This document shows positions 1 through 13,600 of a stretch of DNA of 64,000 bases, piece by piece. How positions within the stretch are numbered: position 1 is the first letter of the stretch; each line of letters begins with the position of its first letter. The notes beneath the pieces were generated by a model. It searched no databases, was not told the DNA's origin, and saw nothing but the letters and a program-made list of their open reading frames with translations. The translations under genes were made by a program, and so were the position numbers. The stretch comes from Paraspadella gotoi (taxonomy: Eukaryota; Animalia; Chaetognatha). Location: assembly GCA_051294375.1 (NCBI GenBank), contig CM119267.1, positions 7,544,683-7,608,682 of the forward strand, in the 5' to 3' direction.

Positions 1-712
1 GAAAAGAAAACAATGATGTTAAGGTGACACTCCGCAAGCCAACGCTGAAAAAAAAAAACGTCATTAGCAAACCTTTGAAGATTTTTTTTCGTAGATAAAA
101 TTAAAGTCATTGTCCTACACATTTATATTATAACTTCATATTGATTGGTTATGATTTGACTTGGCAATGAGCGGAGAAAATTTGCCTTATTTTCATTTTC
201 AATTTGTCTAATTTTTATAACTTTTATATAAAAAGCTATCATTATTAATATCTTTTGAAAGCTCTTGGAAATTTGAAGAGAATGAGAGCTTAATTTAATT
301 TAATCAAAAAAAATCAAAAGGATGAAAGACGATTTTTAAAGCAACTTTTCTCTACTCATTGCCAAGTCAAATCATAAGCAATAAATACGAAATTAATATA
401 TATAAATAAATTTGGTTTTTACTACACAAAAAAATGTTTCAGATTTACAAACGACTTTTTTTATAGCGGCGGGTTGTGGCGAGTCACCTTGTACATAAAT
501 ACCAAAAAGAGAAAAAGAAGAGCAGATTCAGGAAAGCAAAAAGCAACAAACTTGACCCACCTGACGTTCTTGGGTCCCTTGGAGGCGTCGATCTTGACGA
601 TCTTGGCGTCGTAAAGAACGCCGACGTGATAGCAAAGGACGAGTTCATTAATGATGAATCTCGTGGGAAACGACGGCGGCTCCACTTCCTGATTCTTGGG
701 CTTCGCAGGCAT
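1..712 (-). CDS. MRG15/MSL3-like chromo-barrel protein, 5' part only; the gene runs off the window
   Basis: Exon 1 MPAKPK...RFIINELVLCYHVGVLYDAKIVKI matches the MRG chromo-barrel start (VLCFHGPLLYEAK). A GT donor follows near 560. Downstream exons are not resolved. Confidence 0.6.
128..398. mobile_element. MITE-like element with ~50-bp imperfect terminal inverted repeats
   Basis: TTATGATTTGACTTGGCAATGAG (149-171) is the exact reverse complement of CTCATTGCCAAGTCAAATCATAA (355-377). Imperfect pairing extends over 131-180 / 346-396. The interior is AT-rich and non-coding. Confidence 0.7.
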
Positions 713-891
713 CGTAAGGGAGGGCGAGGTTCTCGGCTAGGGGAATGAGGCTATATTTATCGTCCGTTTATGTCCAGTTTGTGGTTGTAGCGCATCGAAG
801 GAACTTAAAACTTGATCGTTAAAACTGTAAAATAAAAAATTTAATAAACAATTGTGAAAGGCTCAGAACGCCCATGCGAGCGCACTGTGGA

Positions 892-1639
892 TCAATTCTT
901 GATCTCCAGATAACGAGGCTGGGGTTTGGCCACTTTGCGGAACTGTTTCATCAAAGAAACGGGACACTGAACCTCGCACCACGAGTACGGAACCATGACA
1001 TGGCCGTCGGGGGAGTAAGCGACGACGACACCAAGTTCGTTTTCGGCCGTTGACAAGAGGTAAGCGTGAGCGTCGCCCAGAGACAAGACGCGGGCCACGA
1101 TCAGATCAGTCGGCTGGAAACATTTGTGGATCTCCACCTTGTCCTTCTCCGTGGCTCGAACATCCTCTTTCCGTACGAGGGCCCTGAAAGAGTCCGTTGC
1201 CGAAGCGCCGTCTACGCTAACGATCGAGCATTTGGCAAAGCGGGAGTTGATGGAAGTGACGCGAGCGATCACGATCGAGCCGACGAAAGGCACGACCGCT
1301 CGTTTTTCCCTGTTAAGAATGCAACTGAATTGGTTTCCTAATTTAAGGAAGCGATTTCTTGATTAAAAGAAACGGTTGGAAGCAAAACTGCACCCTCCAC
1401 ATCTTTCACCTCTCTACTGTTATCTCAAGAACGTGACTTCCGTTCCGCCTCGGGGTCGATCGATCCTCGGGGGCTTCCAGCCGCGGCTCAAGCCGTTTGA
1501 CGGCGAGTCGACCCCCCAAACTCGAGTAAATATAGCCTTGATGCTCATAACTTCCTTGTCCTGACGAATAGGGTTCAGTCGACCGACAAAGACGTTGTCC
1601 CGGCAACACGACCCTATTTACCAACAGATTGTCATTCAT
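892..1639 (-). CDS. EXOSC1: exosome complex component CSL4 (2 exons)
   Basis: VVLPGQRL..GQGSYEHQGYIYSSL N-terminus; S1 domain (PFVGSIVIARV, RKEDVRATEKDKVEIHKCFQPTDLIVARVLSLGD); zinc-ribbon end RKVAKP. Confidence 0.95.
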
Positions 1640-1711
1640 AGCGAGAAGCGGTTAACTTGAAACAAAACAAAAAATTGGTTTTATCACAGCAACATGGGAA
1701 CATCAGAAACG

Positions 1712-4154
1712 TTAGCTGTTAACGTCAGAAGATTCTTCTTCCTCTCCCTCCTTTTCTCCGTTCAACTCTCTGAACACAAAGCTAATCTCGAAAAAATCCC
1801 CGGGCGCCGTAGCGTTCACGTATTTCGTGAATCTTTCTGTGTCTCTCTCGCGAAAGACCAACACCAATGCGTTGTGACGCGGTTTCATCGTCAACAGCGG
1901 CTCCTCGTCGTCGGCGGCTGCGTAGACGGTGGCGCCGCCGTGGCGTTCCGTGTCCCACGCGGCGTCGCCACCGACAAAGAGAGTCAAGTCTAAAACGCTA
2001 GTCTCTCGCGTGGAAGAAGAAAGATCGCCCAGAAGAGAATAACAGCCCCGACGCCATTGGCGAATCTCTAGGTCGCAAGTAGGCGGGGTATTCGATGATG
2101 ATATTTCGTTGTCCGCAGTTTTTATTTTCTTAGCGGTCGGTTCCGAATCGTCTTCGTTATCTTCCAAATCCTCATCGTCGGCGGAGTCAGAGTTTTGACT
2201 ATGGTCTTTGGTCGAAGGCGATCGGGTTTTGGGCGAAAGGTCGCCGACTTCGTCGTCGTCCCCCTGGTCGCTCCCTTCAGAGTCGCTATCCTCCATCTCC
2301 ACTTCATCCTCCTCTTCTTCAACCTCCGGGTGCAGCTTTAGTCCAGTCAAGTGCGAGAGAAGGAAAAACATTTCTTCGGAGCGAAAAACGTCGAGGAGTT
2401 GTTTGAGCAGGGGAGTGGCGTCTGAAGGATTCAGGGAAAGATAGCGGCGCCGATTGGCGGGACCGAGGAATCGCCATGAAGCCGAGAAGGAACTAAAAAA
2501 AAATTAACGTATTATAGGAAGCTCGTCCTAACTTTTTAGCAATGCCCAAATTACACATGTACCTCTCTCTCAATTCTTCTAACAAGTCGACGATCTTTTC
2601 CTCGAAAACGAACTCCTCCACTTGTAACTCGGAGGTTTTCACGAATTTTCGTTTGAAAGATTTGGCCAACGAGGGTTCGAAAAATATCGGCGAAATCCAA
2701 TCGGAAATCTCGGGACGAGTCATCGTTGTTGTCGATGGTAACCACGGTAACGAGGGAATCTTTTCTTGTGGATGTCTCGGCGGTCGTTCGGCGGGAGAAC
2801 CGTGAAACCAACCACTCAGGGAGAGGCGTAACTTGTCCTAAAAGAAGTGAGACTTAATTTTTTGCAACAAAGGTATTCAATCAAATCGAATGGTTCACCT
2901 CGGCCAAGACTTCCGCGACTTGATGAAAAGAGGAAGCGCCGACGGGAAAGAAGGCGAACGAGTTAGCGACTGGAAGGAGGGATCGGACAACCTCGGCGGG
3001 TTCGCCACGAGCGTCGACGGAAAACAGGTCCAATGCTCCTCCGTCTACGGACAACCAATTGGGCGGCACCAGATAGTAGATGAAAGCCACGCGTCGACCT
3101 TTATGTATTATTGTTTTACAAACCCTATATCAATTTACTAATACAAAAGGGAACGCCGGAGTACCAACGTATTTATAAAACGAACCTTCAAGCTCGTCGT
3201 CGTGACACAATAAATGGTCGCCCTTTTCGTATCTTCCACAGAAAAGATCTACTTCGTCGGAGAGCGAAATACCCGTGATTTCTGCGACGAGGCTCTTTAC
3301 ACGAGTTGTCAGGATCGACTTGAACTGATTCAGGTGAGGAAATCTCTCGGGATTCGGAATAGAAGTTTTTATCAAGTCGCTCGTCTGGAAGGGAATGAGA
3401 TGAGGACAAATGAAAAAGATATTTCATTCACGTAAAACTTTTTTCCTTTGCAAAATTAACCTGATAAAAGTGATAAAGGTCATTGCTCTTTTCCCCGAAT
3501 TCCAACTCAAGAAGTTCATCCCTGAACTTTTCCAAAAACGAGTATTCGTTTATTTCGGTTGCCTGGAACAACACGAACCCTTCGTTACTTGAAAAATGTT
3601 AAAAATCAAGAAGGTCCTTCTTAATAAGGAACACAAATTGATAATACAAAGTATCAAGCGAGTCTAACTTGAACGAGATTGAAAAACCTTCCAACGGTGA
3701 AAGGGTGATGGTGGAGTTCCATGTTCGTCGTTTTATCGCCTTCGTCGAACCCCACGGTCCTTCCGTTGGCTACAGCGTCTCGCAAAGAGAGTAGGACATC
3801 GGGCTGCTCCAAAGAAGGATTCATCCTCAAGGTGGAGACGGTGGTTTCCTGCGGAGACGAAGCTCGCTGGAAAAAAAATTTTGAATTTTAAACGTTCGCC
3901 GTCGAACGAAGCCACGGAAAATTAATTTACTTCGACTCGAGCACTTTTAACACCGGAAATTCTCGAAGATTTTCCCTTGGCCAGACCTTTGCCTTTTGCA
4001 GGCGAGTCCTTTGAAGTCCCTAAATGACAAATATTAACTGTTAAGACATACATATGGCCGAACATTTGAATTTTGTAAAATCTAAATAGTTACCTTTTTT
4101 GTGTCCCGACTGCTCCTCCCCGCGGACATCGTAATCACTTTGCTGCTTAGTCAT
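1712..4154 (-). CDS. OGFOD1: prolyl 3-hydroxylase OGFOD1/Tpa1
   Basis: [43 protein letters not shown] 2OG-Fe(II) motifs; C-terminal FLLLSHLTGL, RQWRRGCYSL, LVFRERDTERFTKYVN. Confidence 0.92.
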
Positions 4155-4278
4155 TTCTTAAAAAAGAACCATCAGAAATACAATTAATTACACGTTTAAA
4201 CTTAACGGTATATAATTCAGACTAGAGGGGGAAAAAGCTTGACTAATAAAAAGTATTAGCAAATTTAAAAAAAAAAAA

Positions 4279-5281
4279 TCAAAAATGAAGAAATTCCTCG
4301 TCTTTCCCCGAATCCTCAATTCCCCCTTCCGACTTTTTCGGGTGCATCTCTTCTCTGTGTTGAAGGAGACTCTTCCGACTGGCGAAGATGGAGATCGACG
4401 AGCATCGGCCGCACATGAATTGGCGGTGAACGCTCTCCACGTGCCGTTTGATGTTTCTCACTTTTCTAAAACACAGAGGACACTCGACTCTTTCTTTGTG
4501 AATCAGTTCGTGAGAAATTCTGACGCTGCTGTCTTGGAAAGCCTTGGGACAGTATCGACATTTGTAGGGACGGTTTCCAGTGTGATAGTTGGTGTGTATC
4601 TGCGAAAAGAGAGACTCTTTTATCACGTCCGACGGAACATAAGAAATCTTTCCTGTTACTCACCCGCAACGACCCCTTGCGACTCGTGGCGTAATTGCAC
4701 CAGGCACACTTGTACGGCTTCGGGTCCCGCTTTTCAACGTCGACCACGATCACGTCCTCGATGTTGGGCGGCGTCTTGTTGGCGATGGCGAGCCGACGCT
4801 GCTCCAGCCACTCCTCAGAAGGAACAAACTCCGGCTCCTGCTTGATGATGAGGGGAGTTGGCGAGGAGGTAGTGGAGGGGTGGATGGGAGAAGAGGTAGT
4901 GTCGGGCGGAGGGGGCGAAGAGGATGTGGGATCAATGTTGTTCGATTCGAGTTGACGTCGATGTCGTTCGAATAAATCGCGCTTTGAGAAGCAGTCAATC
5001 TCGTTCTCTTCAATGGATTCATCGTAACTCTTGACATCGTTCTTGCATCGTCGACTTCGCTTCTTTCTCGAGGGCGTTGAAGACGCAACGTCCAGCTCCG
5101 GTTTAGTGTCGAAATTGTCGCCCTCGATGTCACAGACTTCCCTTTCACCCCGACTCAGAAAAGGTTCGATAATTATTCGGTTCTCCGGGTGTTCAACAAA
5201 CATCCGCACGCCTCTTAACAGACCCTCGCGCTGAAACACGCCGAGTATTTTGAGAAACAATCTGTCCAGATTGACCGCCAT
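4279..5281 (-). CDS. C2H2 zinc-finger protein (2 exons)
   Basis: Spliced KPYKCAWCNYATSRKGSLR|IHTNYHTGNRPYKCRYCPKAF..H..H, followed by CPLC..H..H and CGRC fingers. Confidence 0.85.
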
Positions 5282-5390
5282 GTTTTTTTTGCTTAAAATT
5301 TAACAAATATGATCATCACAGTAGAATAATAAATAATTACGTAACAGCAATACTAATAATGATTAAAGAGCAATGAAAGAACGAAAGAAA

Positions 5391-8300
5391 CTAAGTTGTT
5401 CTTTGAGCTTCTCTCTGACCGGCGCACATTTCTTCGAAAAAACGAGAGACAGCCGAGGCGCTGTCGACGCAACCGTCAAAATTCGAGGTCGAGACAAAAG
5501 CGTCTCCGGCTAGAATCAAGGGCGGCGTCCTGCAGACCACCAAACAGCCGGGCACGCCTTCGTACGGGCGATGGACCTGAAAGCGACATTTGAGTATATG
5601 TTAGTTAGATTAAACTAGGTACATTTTCCCCATTCTTTCTTCTTGAAATCCCATTTTTTTCAAATTTGGTTTCTCTTCTTACTTGGGAGCATCTCCACCG
5701 CAAGCACTTCACAAAAAGGGGATCAGCGGATTTTAAAAAGGGTACTCTTTCTGACAAACGATCCATGACGATCTTTTTGATCTAAATGAAGTCGAAAGAA
5801 AGAGTGAAAATTTTTTTATCAGCGATGTAAATAATTATAGATTCACCAAATCACCTCGTCCATATCCTTTTCAATATTTTCTAGGCCAAATGGAACGGTA
5901 GTGTGAACGACGATTGAAGTTCCATCTTTGCTCTGACGAAAAAAAAAATAGACGGGTCAGTGTCCTGGACCTTAAAGAAAGTACGACACGTCTTGATGCA
6001 TTGAAGTGTAGTGGATGAATTTGTGAATTATTTAAAATGAGATTGAGTTCATAAATTTCATTTGCATATTGTCGTGTTCTGATTAAGTTTTGATCAATTT
6101 TCATTCTATTGCCATGAAGGTTTATAATTGATATTTTCCAATGGCAAATGATTATGTTTGTTTGTGATTCAATTAATAGCTAAATAATTAATGATTTTAT
6201 TATCATATTTACTTAATTATACTTTTATGACTTTTCTATATTTAGTAAGAAAGAATTATCCTTTAGTCTAGGATTACAAGGGTGTCGGATTGAACCACTA
6301 TATTTCAACACAAGCAATTGCTATTCTTTCACAGGTTTATACTTAAAATACATTGCAACACATAGGAGTAGTAGCCAATAGATTAATAACATGCAATTTA
6401 TGGTTCCAAATGGAACCGGGATTCTTCATGGTTCTTCCCCACCAACAAAGTGAGCATCTGCTCTGCAAACGCGACATCTCCCGAGAGAAAAACGAAGAGG
6501 AAACCTCTTCCCCGCCTTCTCTTCCCCCTCCCGTACGCTACCTCAGTACGCCGACACGAGACAGAATCACTCGTAACCAAGCAAACCAAGAGGGGGGAAT
6601 CCCGCGAAGACTTCCGGTGAAGTGCCACGCCCACTTGACCGGACGTCGTAGAAGGGGGGGATGAGAAACCGCAAAAAACCAGTCCATGGACGAAAACCAG
6701 GTCTGGAGAAACTGACGGCCGGACGAAGCAACGGCCGAAAGAGCTGTCGGGCGATCAGTCGGCGTCCTTGACGTCGCTGGAGCCCCGCCCCTACGCTTGG
6801 GAGGCGGCGAAGGCTTGCGAGGCCAGTAAGGACGGCGAGCGGGACTACGCGGACTGCCACGCCCACGCTTGCGGCTAACAGAACAGGCGCAATAGTGTGG
6901 CGCCCCGGAGCGGAGAAGCGAAGAATGGAACGCTTGAGTGACGTCTGTGGAGCGGTCTCCGAAAAAGAACGACGTGGAGGGCGGAGAACTGGACAGAACT
7001 GTCTTGAAATCCGAAGAGGCAGCGTCGACAACAAAGGCCGAGACTCGGAGAGGGCCCGAGCGAAGGGCCTCAACCATGAGGCGGAGAGCGTCAGCACAGA
7101 AAGGACAGCATGAGCGGACGCTCCGGCATCTCTCATGATGCGCTCAAAAGCCTTGAAAGCGCGCGTCGTCTTGGAGTCCTTCCGAACGGCGTCGAACTGA
7201 GCGGCAAGGCAACTCTCGAGCAGGAGGACGAAAATCCGCCGGCGAAGAGACATCCGACCAGCGCCGGAAACGCGTCTTGGCGGAAAGCACGTCCCACGAC
7301 GGAAAAGAACGTCGTCCTGGCCAACTCTGCGCAAGAACCTCAAATGCTGAAGGACCCACTCCGAAGGCTGTACAGAAGCACGACGAGACAAGAAGTTGTC
7401 AAACCCCTCAGCAGACTCTTCAGAGGAGGAACCCTCCTCTGATCCGGAAACGGAGGCGTCGTCGTCGACTCGCGCAGATGGGGCTCGACGAGGAAGGCGT
7501 GACAGTGTCACCCTCTCGGAGCGTGAAGGCCGATCCGCCGCCGAAGAGGCCACCAAAGAACGCGAAGACTCCAAGTCGCTGGCGTACAACGAAGACCGAC
7601 AAAGAACGGCGAAATGGCGAACAGAGGCGTCCAAGAACCATGAAGAAAACGTACATGGAAAAAAGAGAAATCATTGAAAAATGACAGTCTCAAAAAAAAA
7701 ACCCCAAAAAAACACCCCACCAAACAAGACAAGCGAGCCTGAGCCGCCCTCCACCACCGTGGTGCCAGGGGTGGACGGTGGGTGGTTGTTGGTGGGGAAG
7801 AACCATGAAGAATCCCGGTTCCATTTGGAACCATAAATTCTATCATGTTGTTCTTCCCACCAACAAAGTGAGCCTGTAACAAGACCAGGTGAAGGCCCGA
7901 CAAAAAACAAACAAAGTCGAGTGAGGTGGGGCACAGGAGGAAAACCCCTCTGTACGCCGAATGTACGCCAAAAAAAGGCGAAAAAAAAAAAAAAAAAAAC
8001 GAAAAGAGAAGAACTCACTGCCGAAGACTCTCCAACTCGGAATGAGACGAGCGGCGAAACTCCTAAAATTCGCGACGAACGCTAGAGAGAGCGTTGCTAA
8101 TTTGGAGAAGAACTGCCTCCATCTGAGAGGGCATGACTTTGACCCGATCAGAACAGCCCGGAATGGCTGGCGGTGGAGGCGGCGGCGAAAGCGGCGGCGG
8201 AAGAGACATGAGGGTAGTCGAGTTGAAGAACACGCGCCTCAGTCCAAAAAACGGAGAGTACTGGACAAACAAGGGGGCCGAAAACATAGTTCTTCCCCCC

Positions 8301-10220
8301 TGCAGCCGTACTGTGCGCACTGGGCAAACGAGAGGGCCGAGTCACAGCTCTTCCCTCCGCAGCCGCGCAGGGTGCGTCGAGGGCAAGCGAAAGGGCCGAG
8401 TCAAGGCTCTTCCCTCCGAAGTCACGCACAACGAAGACGAAAAAGATGGCGGTCGCGAAGAGAAAACTTCAAACCGCCACGTGTTGAAGAATATCTGTAT
8501 TCTGAACTCCAAAAAAAGAGAAACGAAAAAATATGCAGAATTATTCAACAAAAATAATCAAAAATATTTTCGAAAAAAACCGGGAGACTGAGCGCAAAAG
8601 CGCGAACAGAAGAAGTGATTCTGTCTCGTGTCGGCGTACTGAGGTAGCGTACGGGAGGGGGAAGAGAAGGCGGGGAAGAGGAGGTTTCCTCTTCGTTTTT
8701 CTCTCGGGAGATGTCGCGTTTGCAGAGCAGATGCTCACTTTGTTGGTGGGGAAGAACAACATGATAGAATTTCTATCCTTTCATAGGTCTATACTTGAAA
8801 TACATTGCAAGCCTAATTATCTCGCTCATTCCTCTTACCAAGAGGTCTGCCAAGTAGCCTTCAAACCAGTTTATGCTATTCATTCTCTACTGAACTTATA
8901 TAAACCGATGTTATAAATTATTAGGATTTATTATTTATTATTTCTTAAACGAAATATAGAGGTAAGGATGATGTTATACATCGGCACACAACCGAAATCC
9001 CCTTTCGCTCTAATTTTCTCCAGCTGTAATACCTGAACGCCGCGCTTTTTGGGATCGACCGCGACATATCTAATGACGGGGTCGTCGTCGATGTACCTCG
9101 CGACCCAGTCCTCAGCATCGACATCCACTTCGGGTCCGAACCAAGCGGCGACGGCGTAGCGGGAAGAGTAGACGACGCGGCGAAGTTTGTGGCCGACGTC
9201 GTCCACGGAGGAATCGAGGATTTCGGGAAGGTCGCCCCCGATCTCGAGAAGATTGCGAATTGGCGTCGTGAGCACCAAGGAGGAAAAAGAGTCGGATTCT
9301 CCGTCTTCGCTCTTTACGCTCCAACTAGGGAATTGACCATTTGTCAAAAAGTTTTAATAGGAAGAAATTCAATGACCAAGTGTCAATTTTTAGAATAAAT
9401 ATATGAGAAAGATACATACACATAGTTAATGTTTACATGGGATCTAGCGGATAAAGCTCAACAACAAAATTGTGTTACCACGAGGTTTTTACCGACCTTT
9501 GACCGTCAGCACTCAAGGAGACGTCGACTATTTTCTTGTTAAAGCCAAGTTGGACGTTGGTTGCGGAGCCGAGGAAATGCTTAACAATAGAGGAGGATCC
9601 GTTGACGGCGACAAAATGGCCAGAGTCATCTGAGTTGATTGATGGCAACGTCATTAGTCAATAGGCGAAACGGACCAAATCAAGTTATTCACAAATTTAA
9701 ACTTCACAAAAGTATTTGAAACTACTAAATTTTTGAGCTGGGAACTACTGTAAAACGGCTTGTCACCTTTTTCACCGGCGAATTTGTCTCCTTTGATGAC
9801 GCCCCTCAGCGGCATCAACACGCCTAAAAACGTCAACGAAAACGTGAGTGAATAGAGTCCGAAAAAATTCGCAAGCTCACTTACATCATCGCACCAGCGC
9901 CTTGAAGCTCTCGGTAAATCTTTCTGTGAAGCTCGATCCCGCGGGGCTCCCACTGCTTCTCAACAGGCGTGAAGTACTGCGCGCCGAGATCTGCGGTGAC
10001 AAAACTTTCCGCAGCGCGCGCCGTGCTCATCCGTCCGCCGGCGCCACGCGCTTTGTCCCAAATCGAGATAGACCTTTGGGCTCCGCTAATAAAAGGGATG
10101 AAAGAAAAGTTATGTTATATTTATCCAAGAAAAGAAAAATTACCTATTTTCAACGCGGGACAAAAAGTTTGCGCACAGAGCGCCGGTGATCCCTGCCCCA
10201 CCGATCAATATTCGATCCAT
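5391..10220 (-). CDS. RNLS: renalase-like FAD-dependent oxidase; its large intron (5933-9030) contains a DIRS element
   Basis: MDRILIGGAGITG Rossmann motif; YSSRYAV, YIDDDPVIRYVAVD; 3' exons SIVVHTTVPFG, KCLRWRCSQ, LILAGDAF..SNFDGCVDSA; TAG at 5393-5391. Confidence 0.9.
6395..8772 (-). mobile_element. non-autonomous DIRS-1-type (tyrosine-recombinase class) retrotransposon
   Basis: Inverted terminal repeats 6395-6571 / 8614-8772 with non-identical outer ends, both bounded by AATTT. Segment 7786-7873 is the exact complement of the right end joined to the left end across AATTT, i.e. an internal complementary region (ICR). Frameshifted gag-like minus-strand ORFs at 6538-7634. No RT or recombinase seen. 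Confidence 0.85.
8263..8418. repeat. three imperfect ~59-bp tandem units inside the DIRS element
   Basis: GG(A/G)CAA.C.A..GGGCCGA...CTCTTCCC.CCGCAGCCG-like units start at about 8263, 8322 and 8381. Confidence 0.7.
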
Positions 10221-10641
10221 GGTTAATGTTTTTCGTTTAAAATCTGAAAAACAAGTTCAAACTTGAAGCAGAAACACATTAAAATCTTCAAAAACTATGA
10301 CCCAAATTCAGTAAAAATCCTTTTAAACATTCTAACACAAGGCATCTTGGCTCGAATTAATATCAAATAGGTGAAGAAACATGAAATTCTCAGTATAAAT
10401 GACTAGAAATACAAAGCACCATGAAAAAGCGATTAAAAACATCAATATCTACTTTTAAAACTAAAGTAGCTGAAAAGCCATAAAAAAGCGATGAAAAAAA
10501 AATAAGAACGAACTGCATTCATCCATCTTAGCTTTTCTAAACTCGGGTTTGGAGAAAATTGCTATCTCCATCGCTAGTAAGCGACGACCCATTTAAAAAC
10601 ATAAATAACATGGTTTTCTAAATAATAAGGCAATTTTAATT

Positions 10642-13600
10642 TCAAGCAATTAGTTTCTTCTTGACCATGACGGGTAACAAAGCAGAGCGATTTCCCCCAA
10701 TGACCGAAGCCTTCGTGTCCGGAAAACAATCGAACGGGGAATCGAGGGCGTTTACTTCGCCCGTCTCCGGATTGATTCGAATAGGGTAAGGAAGCAGGTG
10801 AATTTGGTAACTTTGGTCCGTCAAATTGTCGCAGCGGTATACGTCCCAGAACTGCTCAGCTTTCTCGCGGACCTACATAATAAGTAATTGTAAAATACCT
10901 GACTTCGAGTTCTATAACGATGACAAAAAAATACAAAGAAAATATTTAAAGCGTGGTACGTTACCATGGCGACGCAGGCCGGATTAGCTGGGTCAACGAA
11001 AAGAGGATCGAAAGAGCCCAAGTGCGCCGCCCAGAGCGCCATCCTAAAAGTGGCGATCTCTCCACGAGGCGGTTGATTTCCTGCGAGTTGGTGCCCGGGT
11101 TGCCAGGCGCCGACGGCGATTTCCGAATCTCGGTTCCCATCGAGGCTCCGTTGGTTGATGTTGGCTGAACCAACAATGATGTAGTCGTCGTCAACTATCA
11201 TCATTTTGCTGCGGGTATAGAAAAGCAAGAAAACCTCACAATAAAGAATGAAACTAATTTAAAAGATAAAAGTAAATCGCGATATAACCTATGAACGTAG
11301 ACCGGATGTCTCAACGTCTGTCGGAGAACGGCGGGATTAGAGGCTGGGTCTACGGGCTGTTTGGCGGAGAATTCTCCCTCGAATACTCCGAGCGTTTCAT
11401 CTGGGCATTCCTGTTTACCGAGGCAGAAGAACGAGAGGTAGTCGGTAGGATGCTTTTGGGACTGATGCGTTTTTAAAGCAGACACTATCCGTCTGAGGAA
11501 AAACGGTCAATCATTAGGTGCACATCAATAATGTAAAGTCGTCGATCAAAACGAACGGTGTAGTTAGTACCTGTACATAAAATCTATGGTCCGGTATTGA
11601 TACAAAAGTATTTCTTGTCCCGCTGTCCCATTGGGGTCGCCCTCGGGAAACATGGGGATGAGCACGTAACACGTGAAGTCTTGGCCGGCAGCGATTTTTG
11701 CCAGGATCTTCTGGACAATCTCCATCGGAATAACGTGAGTGGCGCGGTCGGAGACACCCTTCGTCCAAGCGTAAGAGGAGCCCAGGAAATACTGGAAGGA
11801 AACGGTTAATTTTAAAGAAGAAATATTCACAGTTTATTTTTTCTTGTTTTTATTCCACAACGCCGTCGACTTTTAAACCTGGTTTTCGATGTATATGAAT
11901 CTCTCGGCGTTTTGAATGGCCTGGACGTAAGCTCTGGCGATTCCGTCGTCGATCATTTCCGATTTGTGGCTCTTGGTTCCAGAAAAATAAATGAATAAAT
12001 ACATTTTTTAAAAATTTTTTAAAAATTTTTATAATACCTGCAGAAAAGTGTGACGCCCTTCGTTGAGAAATTTGGCAGAATCGCTGGATATGGAACGAAG
12101 AGTCTGCACGTTCCAAGCGTTTGGCGCCGCTATCGGCTGGTTGTAGGAGGCGTAAGCCGCGCTGATATTCAGATTGTATTTTTAAATAGATGCTTTTCAA
12201 TTGAAAAATTAATATCGATTTGGGGGCTCACCATATCGTTCTCGTGACGTCATCGTCGACGATCCGACTCCCCTGACAACGCCAGTACCGTTCGTGAAAG
12301 TTGGCCAGAACTTGTAGGGCGGCGGGGCCACGAACTTGACTATGTATGTCGTGCCAAGGCTCACGAGGGCCGGTATCCTCCGTCACCCCAGGATAGCACT
12401 TGTTGCGAAAGTCGCCACGATGGAAGTTTCGAAGAGTACGGAACAACGTGAATTGGGGGGAATCGAATCGGCCCTGAAAAGCACGATAAAAAGTTCAATC
12501 ACCTCGGGATCGAATCAGGTCAAATGTATTATATTAATACTAATCCCAAACCTCATACCTGCGTGAGGTCAAGCCCACCAACAAAAGCGATCATCTGCCG
12601 GGTGTTTGGATCGTCTACCACGACGGTCTTCTGGTGATGTGTGTACAAAAGACGCGGAGCAACCTCTTTGTTTATCGCGCCCATAATCGACTGTACGCCG
12701 CCGCCGATGGTGCAGAGCAGTCCGCCTCCACCGGTGCTGCCGCCTCCGGAGAGGTCCGACTTAGGTTCGCGTGATTGTTTCAAACATGTTACTTTACAAT
12801 CGGGCTCGTTGAAATACTGCAATGGGTGGAAAATGGTTTAAGCGGTTTTTTCGGTAAACCCAAATTTGAAAGAACTCACCTTATATGTGGCCTCGTCGTG
12901 AGTTGTCATCATACCCTTCTCCAGCAAATCGTGAAAGTAAGGAACGTTCCACGACGACTGATCGTCCCAGACAATCACGGCCACTGTCAATCCTGAGTGG
13001 CAAAGACAGGTGGAGTTAACAATTTAAATAATTAAAATTGATCTAAGTTTTAAAATTGTTTTACCTTCATCGGCCTTCCTCCTCAGCAGTCGTCCCAGGT
13101 GCGACCTTTTCTTCCACTCCTCGTCGTCGCGAATTAGACTCAACTCGGTCCACACCGACCACCCCGCGACAAAGACGAACTCGCGCGCGTTGTTGATGGC
13201 GTTGTAAATGTCTTTCCAGGCGCAGGGGGGCACGTATTGAGACCCGTCGGGAAAGGGCACGCCGTTGAAGCAAGGCAACATCGGGGTGTCAGTGTCCTGG
13301 TAAAGGGTGACCAGATTGCCTTCCGTAATGGGAAAATAGCTGGCAACTTCACGCTGCTTAGAAGGACCTGAAAAAAAAAAAGAAGGATATTTTACAAGAT
13401 CAGCGAAAGTGAGACTTAACAGAAGTGGCAGTAAGCAATACCTGCCAACGGTCTGGGCGGAAGCGGAGCCAAAGGAGCTGGATCCATTCCTTGCAGTGAT
13501 GGATAAATTGGCGTGTCAACACCCGCTATAGATTCAAATCCGATTCCACCTCCGACAGGCGACTGGGGACCAGGTGACCCGTAATGCGTTCCATATTGCG

